Shown: positions 1 to 10,159 of the stretch, one piece after another
How the letters are laid out: the number at the start of each line of letters is the position of its first letter
How positions within the stretch are numbered: position 1 is the stretch's first letter
DNA from: Octopus sinensis
Taxonomy: Eukaryota
Reading direction: 5' to 3'
NCBI RefSeq assembly: GCF_006345805.1
Contig: NW_021832737.1
Location: 1-33,761, forward strand
DNA: 33,761 nt
Program-made: the position numbers and the translations under genes
The notes under the pieces: model-generated
What the model was told of the DNA's origin: nothing
The model's database searches: none
Seen by the model: the letters and a program-made list of their open reading frames with translations, nothing else

Positions 1-452
1 ACATACGTACGCGCACATCCGAAGCAAGCCCACACGCACAAAGCGCGCTCACGCACACAACGCACAAGCAGTACAACGCAAGCCCAAGGGGCCGACCAAG
101 CCCCCAGCGCGCGCCAAGGCGCGCGAGCGCAAATATATATATATATATACATACATACATATAAATTTCTACATTATATATCTACATATAAATTTCTGTG
201 ATGTCCGTTAGTTAGTTAGTCGCACCCTCCATAATAACCATATTATAGGATTGACTCACTGGGAATTTTTTATAAATTATTCCCTTAATATATATATCGA
301 TAAAAAAAGGCACTTTCGAAGCGTCTGTTATTATTTATTATCACAAATTTAGATATTTGTTGACAAGCTTTACGTTCACTGCAGAGTAGGTTTTAACATT
401 TGATAAAAAATATTAATATGTTCTGGCAAAATTTTTAGTTTTCATTTGCAAC

Positions 453-456
<4 letters not shown>

Positions 457-506
<50 letters not shown>
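457..506. repeat. (CT)n microsatellite
   Basis: Uninterrupted tc dinucleotide run of about 50 bp. Confidence 0.97.
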
Positions 507-508
<2 letters not shown>

Positions 509-1033
509 ACCTCTAACTGTTTTCATTAATAATAATCTACTTAATATATCATCATTCTAATTTTTTTCATTTCAAGTTATATTTCGTTATTTCAGATGAG
601 GAAATCAGGTATTTTGTTGATCTAAATTCGCTATATAAATGCCCTCAGTTTATTGTTTATATATACTGAAAATAGATTATATTGGACAACTTATTAAAAC
701 TTACTGAAGCTTCGAACTCATGTGACTTATTTCCTTTCCGTCGTGTTGCTATGGCTATTTGATACGATATAGGTATTAAAATATCTTTATGAGATCACTG
801 CTATTTTTTGGCACATTAATCGTAGTTGGACTACCTTGATATTTGTTTAAAGAAGACAGTTTATGACTGTGATAAAATAATGAAAGTAATATTTACTAAG
901 CAAGTGAGCACTATGACGCAAAAAAAAAATAGACTTAAAATATCATAACAATTATTAGGATTGGGATTCAAATGTGGAAATATTATCAAGTGTCTAGCAG
1001 AAAAAACGTCTGGAGGACGGTCATTCTGCTACT

Positions 1034-1081
<48 letters not shown>

Positions 1082-1120
1082 AACAACAACAACAACCATA
1101 ACAACAACAACAACAATAAC

Positions 1121-1170
<50 letters not shown>
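1034..1170. repeat. Compound (AAC)n/(AAT)n microsatellite at the 5' flank of the R4/Dong element
   Basis: Direct reading; it generates the poly-T/poly-I/poly-L ORFs in the track. Confidence 0.97.
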
Positions 1171-1173
<3 letters not shown>

Positions 1174-3885
1174 TTTGGATATAGCAATGAACCCTAATAA
1201 ACTAGCTAACATACGGAGATATATTCTCAAAACAAAAAAATATCAGAAATAGAAATAGATCACATAATAGGAAAAAATACATCAGGAAAACGTAGATAGT
1301 AACCACATAGCAATGCCAAATAATATCATAAGCACCGGGACTGTAAAGCATGAAGGTGGACGTAACATGTCCAACAAAAACGAAGTAAATAACGAAAGAC
1401 AACCAAATCAGACCATAAATTGTATAATTATGAGCTAAATGCACCAAACCAAAACACCACAGACAAAAATATGAACAGGAGGTAATACGAAACAAATCTG
1501 AAACATGGAAACAGTGAAGGTGAAACTAATGATTATGATACTCTAAAAATGAGCATAATCAAAGAATTGAAAGCTACAGATCTCAGTATGGAACACTAAT
1601 TATACCTCCCAAAAATTAGAATTGATAATAAAACAACATGAATAATGAATAGTGTGAACCTGGCCGTCACAGAACTAACAGCTACAGAAATAAATGTCAA
1701 TATGACCAACTAAATGATATAATATATGCAGCAGCCTCTGTGACCACAAAAGAAACTGGATACCCACTAAAATCCATCCAAACAGGAGTATCACCACCCT
1801 ATGGATAAATAATATCCAGAAAAAATAGAAAATAAAAGAAAGGATCTGTCACTCCTTAATGAAACGGCTGTAAAGATCAGCTATTGAACAATAAAGCCAT
1901 AACTGAAGACTGCCATAGGAAAAAGAAGGGTCTAAGCATAGCTTGGATTGATTATCGAAAGACTTTTGATAGTATTCTCCAGACATGGATCCTTGAAACA
2001 CTAGCTGTGAACAAGGTGGCACCCATAATCATAAAAATACAAAACATTCAATGAATAATTGGCAAACAGTGCTACAGCTTCAGACAAAAGAAGGACTCAT
2101 AAAAACCAAATCCACCCCAATTAGAAGAGGTATATTTCAAGGAGATACACTCTCTCCACTCTTTTTCTGCTTGGCACTGACACCGTTATCTGACATGCTA
2201 AACAGAATTGGTTGTGGATTCAACTGTTACGGCAAAACAATCAACCATTTATTGTATGCGGATGGTCTAAAACTGTATGCTGCAAATGATAAACAGCTGG
2301 AAACATTACTACAGAGAGTACATGGATTTACCAGAGAAATAAACATGAAATTTGACTTAGAAAAATGTACCAAAGCCACCTTGAAAAGAAGAAAACTAGT
2401 TAAGAGTAACAACATCACATTAGCTAAATAAGAGAATTGCACCAAAGCAAGACATACAAATATTTAGGAATCAATGAACTAGATATGATTCAACACTCAC
2501 AAATGAAAGATAGATAAGAAAGGAATACTATAGACGAGTTAGATTAATACTAAAATCAGAGCTCAATGCGAAAAACAAAATAATAGGTATCAACATTCTA
2601 GCCGTCCTAGTTATAAGTTACAGCTACAATATTCTGAACTTGACTCTAGATAAATTAATCAAAATAGACAGGAATACAAGAAAAATAATGACAGGATTCA
2701 GGATGCACCACCCAAAAACTGACAGAAAAAGGTTATACATACAACGCGTTGATGGTGATAGAGGCCTTATATGGCTAGAAAGCTATTACAAAATAACCAA
2801 CATAGGATTACAGAAATACCTATTTCAAAAGCAAGGAAAACTTATGCAAATAGCCACAAAACACAAACAAAACAAAAAACTACATTCTATCTTTAAGGAA
2901 GCTGACAAATACAAAAAAGAAATCATAGTACCTAACAACTATGAAGAAAAAGAAGAAACAATGAAATGTGAAAAACAACTGAAACCCAAACTAAAACTGA
3001 AACAGAAACTGATTATAATAAAAGGTGGCAAGAAAATTCCCTTCATGGCAAATGCTGGGTTAAAATAAACAGAAAAGAAATAGACAAAGCAAAATCCCAA
3101 CAATGGCTGAAAAGCCCGGGACTCAAAGCAGAGACCGAAGGATTTTTAATTGCAGCACAAGATCAAAGCCTTCCCACCAAGAATCACCACAAACACATAA
3201 TGAAGAGAAATATAACAAGTAACTGCAGAATATGTGGTGATGGACAAGAAACAATGAATCATATTGTCTCTGGTTACCCAACATTGGCTAAGAAGGAATA
3301 TATTCACAGACACGACAGAGTTGGAACCTTATATATATTGGAAGCTATGCTAACCCTATGGAATATCAACAGAAAAAAGATGGTATAGGCACAAACAAGA
3401 AAAGGTCACAGAAAATGAGAAAGCAACCATACTCTGAGATATGCCAATACAGACAGATAGAGAAATTAAGAACAATAGGGTAGATATAGTTGTCAGAGAT
3501 CACCAAAAAAAAAATGCTTTCTAATTGATGTATCAATAGCAACAGATGACAATGTTTCTCTAAAAGAAACGGAGAAACTTTCAAAATACAAAGATCTGGA
3601 AATAGAGATAACTCGAACGTGGAGCCTAAAAACAGAAACAATTCCCATTATAATAGGCGCATTAGGTATGATAAAAATACATTCAGACAAATTCATAAAC
3701 ACCAGGGCCAACAAGAGTATATAACATACAGAAAATTGTACTACTGAGCACTGCACACATCCTACGTAAAACAGTTTCAATACAGTAAAAATAAGATCAC
3801 TACAACAAACAACAGCACATACTCAAGGCACGCAGAGCTGCGCTCGGCAATGCAGTGAAAGCACGTGATAAAATAAGACTACTGA
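1171..3885 (+). mobile_element. R4/Dong-clade non-LTR retrotransposon (RT + CCHC + restriction-like endonuclease), 5'-truncated, internally deleted, frameshifted
   Basis: Translations give AWIDYRKTFDS (~1940-1975), RRGIFQGDTLSPLFF and HLLYADGLKLY (ORF 2051-2431; YADD mutated to YADG), the zinc knuckle CRICGDGQETMNHIVSGY (ORF 3200-3388) and the RLE motifs NRVDIVV...FLIDVSIA...EKLSKYKDLEIE...PIIIGALG (~3470-3670). The sequence jumps from N-terminal region to GCKDQLL-like RT sequence near 1870, implying an internal deletion. The clade call comes from recalled domain architecture. Confidence 0.9.
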
Positions 3886-4044
3886 ATAACAACAACAACG
3901 ACAATAATAATAATAATAATAAATAATAATAATAATAATATAATAATAGAATAATAATAATAATAAATAATAATAATAAAATAATAATATTATAATAATA
4001 ATAATAATAATAATAATACTAATAAAAAATAATAATACATAATA

Positions 4045-4093
<49 letters not shown>

Positions 4094-4156
4094 TAATAAT
4101 AATAAACAATAAAAAATAATACACAACAACAACAACAACACAACAACAACAACAAC
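3886..4156. repeat. (AAT)n/(AAC)n microsatellite at the 3' flank of the R4/Dong element
   Basis: Direct reading; about 270 bp of imperfect AAT repeat ending in AAC repeats. Confidence 0.97.
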
Positions 4157-4292
4157 ATCGAAAAATACCTTAGGAATGAGAACCCAGATTCGAAATTCCC
4201 CAAGACACCTGATGAAGGCTGGAGTTTATATCAACCGAAATGTTGTGTTAACAACAAACAAGATGAAGACAAATATCCGTCAAATGTAAATG
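4157..4292 (+). mobile_element. ~135-bp interspersed repeat carrying a minimal hammerhead ribozyme (retrozyme-like or solo Penelope pseudo-LTR), copy 1
   Basis: Matches the reverse complement of 15042-15178 over its whole length (atcgaaaaataccttaggaatgagaa...caagatga-gacaaatatccgtc). Confidence 0.8.
4204..4249 (+). ncRNA. Minimal type I hammerhead ribozyme motif (slightly decayed)
   Basis: Stem I gacac 4204-4208 / gtgtt 4245-4249; core CUGAUGA 4209-4215 plus one extra A; stem II GGCUG/CAACC with one mismatch; GAAA 4237-4240; loopless stem III AU|GU; GUU cleavage triplet ending at 4244. Confidence 0.65.
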
Positions 4293-4297
4293 ATATA

Positions 4298-4514
4298 TAA
4301 TAATCCTTTCTACCAAAGGCACAAGGCCTGAAATTTGGGTGAAGGGGGCCTAGTCAGTTGCATCGACCTCAATGTTTCACTGGTACATATTTTATCGACC
4401 TCGAAACGATGAAAGGCAAAGTCGACCTCGGCAGAATTTGAACTCAGAACGTAGCAATGAGTGAAATACCGCTAAGCAGTTCGTCCAACGTGCTAACGAT
4501 TCTGCCACTTCACT
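4298..4514 (-). mobile_element. tRNA-derived SINE (octopus-type, probable Meta-domain family)
   Basis: On the minus strand: A-box-like tggcagaatcgttagc, B-box gagttcaaattc, central gtcgactttgcctttcatc...gtcgataaaa...gtacc and an (ATT)n tail. Homologous copies occur at 14175-14278 and ~32510-32695. Confidence 0.8.
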
Positions 4515-4569
4515 AAAAAGAATGAAATTTATGTTCTAAAACAAATGTTGTTCGCTATTTTCAATTTAT

Positions 4570-4808
4570 ACACACACGCATACATACATAGCGTACGTAA
4601 GTAGGTATGAATGTATGAATATATGTATGCATGCATGTATATATGTATGCATGTGTATGTATGTATGTATGTATGTATGTATGTATGTATGTATGTATGT
4701 ATGTATGTATGTATGTATGCATGTATGTATGTATGCATGTATGTATGTATGTATGTATGTATGCATGTATGCATGTATGTATGTATGTATGTATGTACGT
4801 ATGTATAT
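4570..4808. repeat. (ATGT)n tetranucleotide microsatellite
   Basis: Direct reading; source of the YIHT/MYVC pseudo-ORFs. Confidence 0.97.
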
Positions 4809-5151
4809 ATTCGAACTTGGTACCATGTCACCGACAGGTTTAATTGAACGTTTTTTCCATCTACTCTTACAGATCCTTTTCGTTCTTTTCTTATTTTCAA
4901 CTTCGTTTTCTTATTCTTCAACCTCCATCTCATCTCATCTTTTCCTTTCACCTCACCCTCACCCTACATCCGTTTCTACTTCATCTTTCTTTTCCACTTC
5001 TCTCAGCCAATTTCTCTTCCCTGCCCATATATGAAGCTCGCGTGGTCCTGTGTTTCTTATCAGTTGCAGCCAGTTTTTCAAAATCAAAGGATGTAAAGCT
5101 CTGTTATGTTTCCTTAATTTCACTCTTGTCAACTTTTACCTCAAGGACTAC

Positions 5152-5400
5152 AAATGCCTTCTAATTGATGTATCAAGGAGTACAAATGCTTTCTAATTGA
5201 TGTATCGATAGCAACAGATGACAATGTTTCTCTAAAAGAAACGGAGAAACTTTCAAAATACAAAGATCTGGAAATAGTGATAACTCGAACGTGGAGCCTA
5301 AAAACAGAAACAATTCCCATTATAATAGGCGCATTAGGTATGATAAAAACACATTCAGACAAATTCATAAACACCAAGACCAACAAGAGTATAATAACAT
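5152..5400 (+). mobile_element. Second copy of the R4/Dong RLE-coding segment (local duplicate of ~3512-3730)
   Basis: aaatgctttctaattgatgtatc...ggcgcattaggtatgataaaaa...aacaagagtata is nearly identical to 3512-3730. Confidence 0.9.
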
Positions 5401-6038
5401 ACATACACACATACATATATACACACACATACACATGTATATACACTTACACACACGTGTATGTGTGTGTGTAATTTGTTTCATTTAAAGTCTTATTAAC
5501 ATTAGAGTGCCGGGGTGTCCATTTCCAGAAAATATATATACGGCTAATGTAATTTCTGGAAAATGCATGTGAGGATTCCGCGAAAAAATAAACTTAACAG
5601 ATGTTAGCGCAATGAGATGATATATTTAGAAATATATCATCTCATTTGTCCTTCATCAAACGACAGAAAGTGGTTTAAGTGAGACTCAGTCGCTATTTCT
5701 TGTAGCTCTAGCGACTGCATAGAGGAGGTAATGTCTATTGAAGGATTATGAGTGGTAGGTGGGATACAGCTTGCTAGGCTAAAAGATTATAAGGCAGTGT
5801 AGAATCGTAGTAGAGAAAGTTTAAGAGAGAGAAAACCAATACATTTGCAATTAAGACGTTGTAATGTGTTTGTGGTTCGTGATTCGATCGCTGCGAATCA
5901 CTTTCTTTTGTATATCGTCTAGGATGTTTGTATGTTAGTGTGCGTAGAGTAACACAACCTCACATGTTGGAACGATGGCCCATTGAGCTTAATAAGCTGT
6001 TAGTAACTAATTAGAAATGAAATCTTCCTTGGGTTTAA

Positions 6039-6259
6039 CCCTTTACCATTCAGATTACTCCGTCAAATAAAATGCTTCTTTATTGACATTGTTTTGAATT
6101 GATCATGCATTAGCTGATAGGTTTGAGATTTCGATGATGGGTTTGTTTATTTATAGAATGATATTGTAGGATCAGTGTGAGATGCTGCATTTGGTTGATT
6201 TGAACATAAAACAGATAAAGTATTTGGGCCTGGATATGGCCGGTTTAAATGCTAAAGGG
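6039..6259. mobile_element. piggyBac-type MITE (221 bp) with TTAA target duplication
   Basis: TTAA at 6035-6038 and 6260-6263. Termini CCCTTTACCATT... and ...AATGCTAAAGGG form an inverted repeat with one mismatch; no ORF. Confidence 0.8.
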
Positions 6260-6679
6260 TTAAAAGAATTTCTAGTCTTTGTGATGTAGTTTTAATGATA
6301 AGGTAGCCAAAGTTAATTGTCAAAGATTTCGATAACTGGTTTTCTTAATAACGTCGAGGTTCAAATTCTATGTTGTCATTCAGATATAAATCTGTTTCCG
6401 AGATATATGTAGTGATTGTTTTTAACGGTGTCGAAAAAAGACAAAGACTATACGATCAAAAGTCAGTATACGGTCAGTATAAGAAATATTGGTAGAAACT
6501 GAAAGTATGCGACCAAAATGTCTTGAGGTTTTTGTTTGGATTAGCTCACTGAAATGACACCAGTGAAAAGTCAGTTCAGTTGGGTATATCATTCATTCCT
6601 TTACAAATTTGTTATCTTGAGCCATTATGAAAAAAATCCTAATTCCTCTTTTTTTCGCACACACACATCAGCATCTATT

Positions 6680-8515
6680 TCATGGGTGAAGAACTTATAC
6701 AAAATTGTTTGATGATTATATATAATTTTTATGTACAGTTGGAACTCTTCTCACGACTTTGATCTCTCTCTCTCTCTCTTTCTCCTCCATCTCTTTCTCA
6801 ATCTTTGTCTCTGAATCTTTTTCGTTGTCCTCCTTCTCTTTGTTCATCCCTTCGAGAAGAGGAGAACAGAAAGAAAAAAGAAATGGCGGAGGTGGAGGAG
6901 GAGGAGAAGAAGAAAAAGAAGAAGAAGAAGAAGAAGAAGAAGAAGAAGAAGAAGAAGAAGAAGAAGAAGAAGAAGAAGAAGAAGAAGAAGAAGAAGAAGA
7001 AGAAGAAGAAAGATGAGGAAGAAGAAAAACGTAAGGAGAAAGAAGAGGAGAAGAGGAAGAAAGAAGAGGAGAAGTTTATGGAAATTTTTATGTACAGTTG
7101 AAACTGAGCTCATTTTAAACTTCTCTTGTAATTTTCATGTTACGCTACAATAAGGGTCTTTTTCAGCTAACACTTACCAGCTCTTCGCCAATATTTCAGG
7201 CAGTCAGTTTAAGCAGAGTTGTGGGAATTTCCATATTCTCATCTATATTCTCAGTTTTATCTTGTCCTAAGATAAATTTTCTCTCTGGGACACTGGCAAC
7301 TCAACTACATCATCCTCTATGACTTGTTCAAACCCTACAGCATTTGCAAGTGTCACAGTATCTTTCTGAATTTGATACAGACTTTCTTCTTGTGGAAAAC
7401 TTGTAAAGTTACAGGTACAGTGTGACCATGTATTTTCCCAAGTAACATTCATAGTAGAGCATTTCACTTCATCCCATAACTCAGCTACGTTATTCATAGT
7501 ATTCATTATGCTGAACTTTTTCAAGAAGTCTTAAGTAGGTTTATCCTCTCCCGTCAATTGCTTTCACAAGTCCTTTGAAAGTTCTAATAACATGCCTTGA
7601 AGTTAACTATCATTCTATTGGTGTGAGAGTAAAGAAGTTGTATTCTTGGGGATATATTTTAATCCTGCATTATCGGAGAGATCATTTAAGTTCACTGTGT
7701 GAACTTTTTTCATTGTCTACAAGGAGCAATGCTTTATTGGAAGTATTATGTCTGGTACCGTAACTTTCTAAAGTAGGACAAAAGCATTTGCAAACCATTC
7801 TTCAAAACAGTCTCTTAATTGTTTATGCTTTTCTATTTAAATGCCAAATCAGAGGTATATTAAACTTTGCTTATCATAGAAAACCCCCAGATTTCCGACA
7901 TGATACGCGAGTAGGGAGCTTTGATTTTCATATCACCAATGATATTTTCTCTCCAGATGAAGCATTAACTTGGTATTGACATTTCTTCTCGAGAAATGAG
8001 AGATACCAGCAGGTAGAAACTGGTCTATAACAACATTGTAGTCCTTTTTATGAGTGTTAGCCATCTCCATCAATAATTTTCTTCAGTTGCTCAGATAATT
8101 AGTCGTAGTCAATGGCTGCTGCAGCTATGCCGGTCATTTTTATATTGAGCTAATTCAAGCTAGCCCCAAAAGGATTTTCCTTAGAAGTTTCACCTTCACT
8201 TTTCTGCGATCGTCATACAAATGTTTGAGATTTTTAAAGAATAACATCATGTTTAGTGACTCATAACGTCGAGTTTGATATTTTATTACTATGCTCAAGA
8301 ACCGTTCCATTTTAAGCATATACTCGATCTATGTAAAAGTAAGGTCCTAACAGTTAATGAAGTAGTTTCTTGAGCACTTGATTTAATTTTCTCTCTGTTG
8401 TCATTAAGATTAACTAGCAGGAACTGTGGAATTTTCACAGTGTATGTCAGCATAGTTGAAAACATTATGTTTATTATATCAAACACAAACATTTTTTGAA
8501 ATCCAGCCATTTAAT
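6680..8515 (-). pseudogene. Decayed pogo/Tigger (CENP-B-like DDE) transposase
   Basis: Minus-strand frameshifted fragments in the expected order: NREKIKSSAQETT, MERFLSIVIKYQ, KMTGIAAAA, ISREEM, GDMKIK/LLAYH, FEEWFANAFV, KALLLVDN, YIPKNTTSL, VNFKACY, ORF 7267-7524 (AELWDEVK...AVGFEQVIEDDVVEL), MKITREV and QTILYKFF. Interrupted by an insert at 6747-7105. TIRs were not found. Confidence 0.85.
6890..7075. repeat. (AAG)n / GAG-rich purine microsatellite
   Basis: Direct reading; gives the poly-E/poly-K/poly-L ORFs. Confidence 0.97.
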
Positions 8516-8679
8516 CAAAACTTTACTTTGAAATATAATCGAAATAAACTCAGGAGGTATTGCTTATTTGCTTTCTTTTAATATGTTTCACAGATATTAT
8601 GTGCTTTAGAGGTTAGGAAATAAAAAAGTTGCTGATGTATTAAAATGATAAAGCTATTCATATATACATACATACATGC

Positions 8680-8724
<45 letters not shown>

Positions 8725-8749
8725 AGATATATATATATATATATATATA

Positions 8750-9052
8750 TTGTTCTTCTCACTGTCCTGTTCTTGTTACTACTTTCACCCACCCTCCGCA
8801 AAAATCCCAAATTTTATTAAATTTGTTTTGCAGGAAGGACTGTTTCAACGAAGTCGCGTCTTGTCCTTACCTTAAAACGCGAGATGAAATAAGGACAACT
8901 GAAGAAGGGGAATATTTTCTTATGTTGTATGTCTCGTTTCCTTCTGTTTTTTTTTTTCGTTGTTCGGAAAAAAAAGTCGTTTCTATATTTTTGGTATTTA
9001 TGTTTCGCTTCTCATTGTGTTCAACGTTTTTTTTTGATGACCTGTACCCATA
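8750..9052 (+). repeat. Probable Penelope pseudo-LTR-like interspersed repeat containing hammerhead core elements
   Basis: Non-coding segment between two AT microsatellites, with a perfect 9-bp stem (8861-8869/8890-8898) immediately followed by CUGAAGA (8899-8905). The family assignment is an inference. Confidence 0.45.
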
Positions 9053-9072
9053 AATGCATATATATTATATAG

Positions 9073-9111
<39 letters not shown>

Positions 9112-9199
9112 ATATATATATATATATAATATATATATATACATATATATGTAGGTATGTACATATAAGTATGTATATATGCATATATTTGTATATTAT

Positions 9200-10041
9200 A
9201 TGCTGAAATAAAAAACGCATTAGCAAAATGTTTTCTTTTTCGAAAGAAATTTTTGTTCTACAAAATAGTATATTGATTTTAAAATTTCATTGATTTTTGT
9301 GTATTTTCAGATCATTAAAATGGAATGTCAAGTGAACAAAACTGAGCATTTTCGACCCCATTTACTTTTTGCATTTAATCGAGGTGTTAAGGCTGCTTGT
9401 GAGATTTGTGCTGTGTATGGAGAAGGAGCAATGCCCCAAAGTACTGCCCACCGTTGGTTTTCGTGCTTTAAAAATGGGAATTTTGACCTCAAAGACAGAT
9501 TACACACCAGTCAACCAACTCAGTTCGATGAACCTTGCCCATTGAGTGAAGGTGGTTCACCACAGATTTTTTATCACAATCCATTTGCTTCGCCAATTTC
9601 CTGGTCGTTTGACGTGGATTTTCATGAAAAAATTTTAATCAATCGCTCTTCATCGAACTCAATTGGTCCACCAATATAATCTGTCCTTGAGATTAAAAAA
9701 TCCCCTTTCTTAAAGCACGAAAACAAATGGTGGGTGGTACTTTAAGGCATTGCTACTTCTCCATACACGGCACAAATCTCACGAGCAGCTTCGGCGGGCT
9801 TAATACCTCGATTAAATACAAAAAGCAAATGGGGTCGTAAATGCTCAGTTTTGTCCACTTGACATTCCATTTTAATGATCTGAAAATACACAAAAATCAA
9901 TGAAATTTAAAAAATCAAAACACACTACCTTGTAGATAAAAAATTCCCTTTCAAATAACATTTTGCCAATGCATTTTAATTTTGCGTGCATTTTTAAATT
10001 TGAAAAAGAAAAAAACGCTCATGAATTATTCCTTAACCCAA
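9200..10041. mobile_element. mariner-derived fold-back element: two inverted 5' halves
   Basis: The + arm encodes MECQVNKTEHFRPHLLFAFNRG...HRWFSCFKNGNFDLKD (ATG at 9320). The - arm starts at ATG 9870 and reads on to EFDEERL...HENPRQTTRKLAKQM...HLHSMGK. The right terminus aacccaa|TA (10041|10042-10043) is a mariner-type TIR end. Confidence 0.85.
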
Positions 10042-10045
10042 TATA

Positions 10046-10082
10046 TGTATACACACACACACACATACACACACACACACCA

Positions 10083-10152
<70 letters not shown>
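10046..10152. repeat. (CA)n then (TA)n microsatellite
   Basis: Direct reading. Confidence 0.97.
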
Positions 10153-10153
<1 letters not shown>

Positions 10154-10159
10154 GTAAAC

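Noticed and set aside
1-131. GC/CpG-rich scrambled CA-like sequence at the window start
   Set aside because: It looks like a degenerate or poorly called (CA)/(CG) repeat, possibly a sequencing artefact, and it is cut by the window edge.
1021-4160. Regular repeats considered as CRISPR-like arrays
   Set aside because: There is no repeat-spacer structure and no cas genes, and the context is eukaryotic; these are simple tandem repeats.
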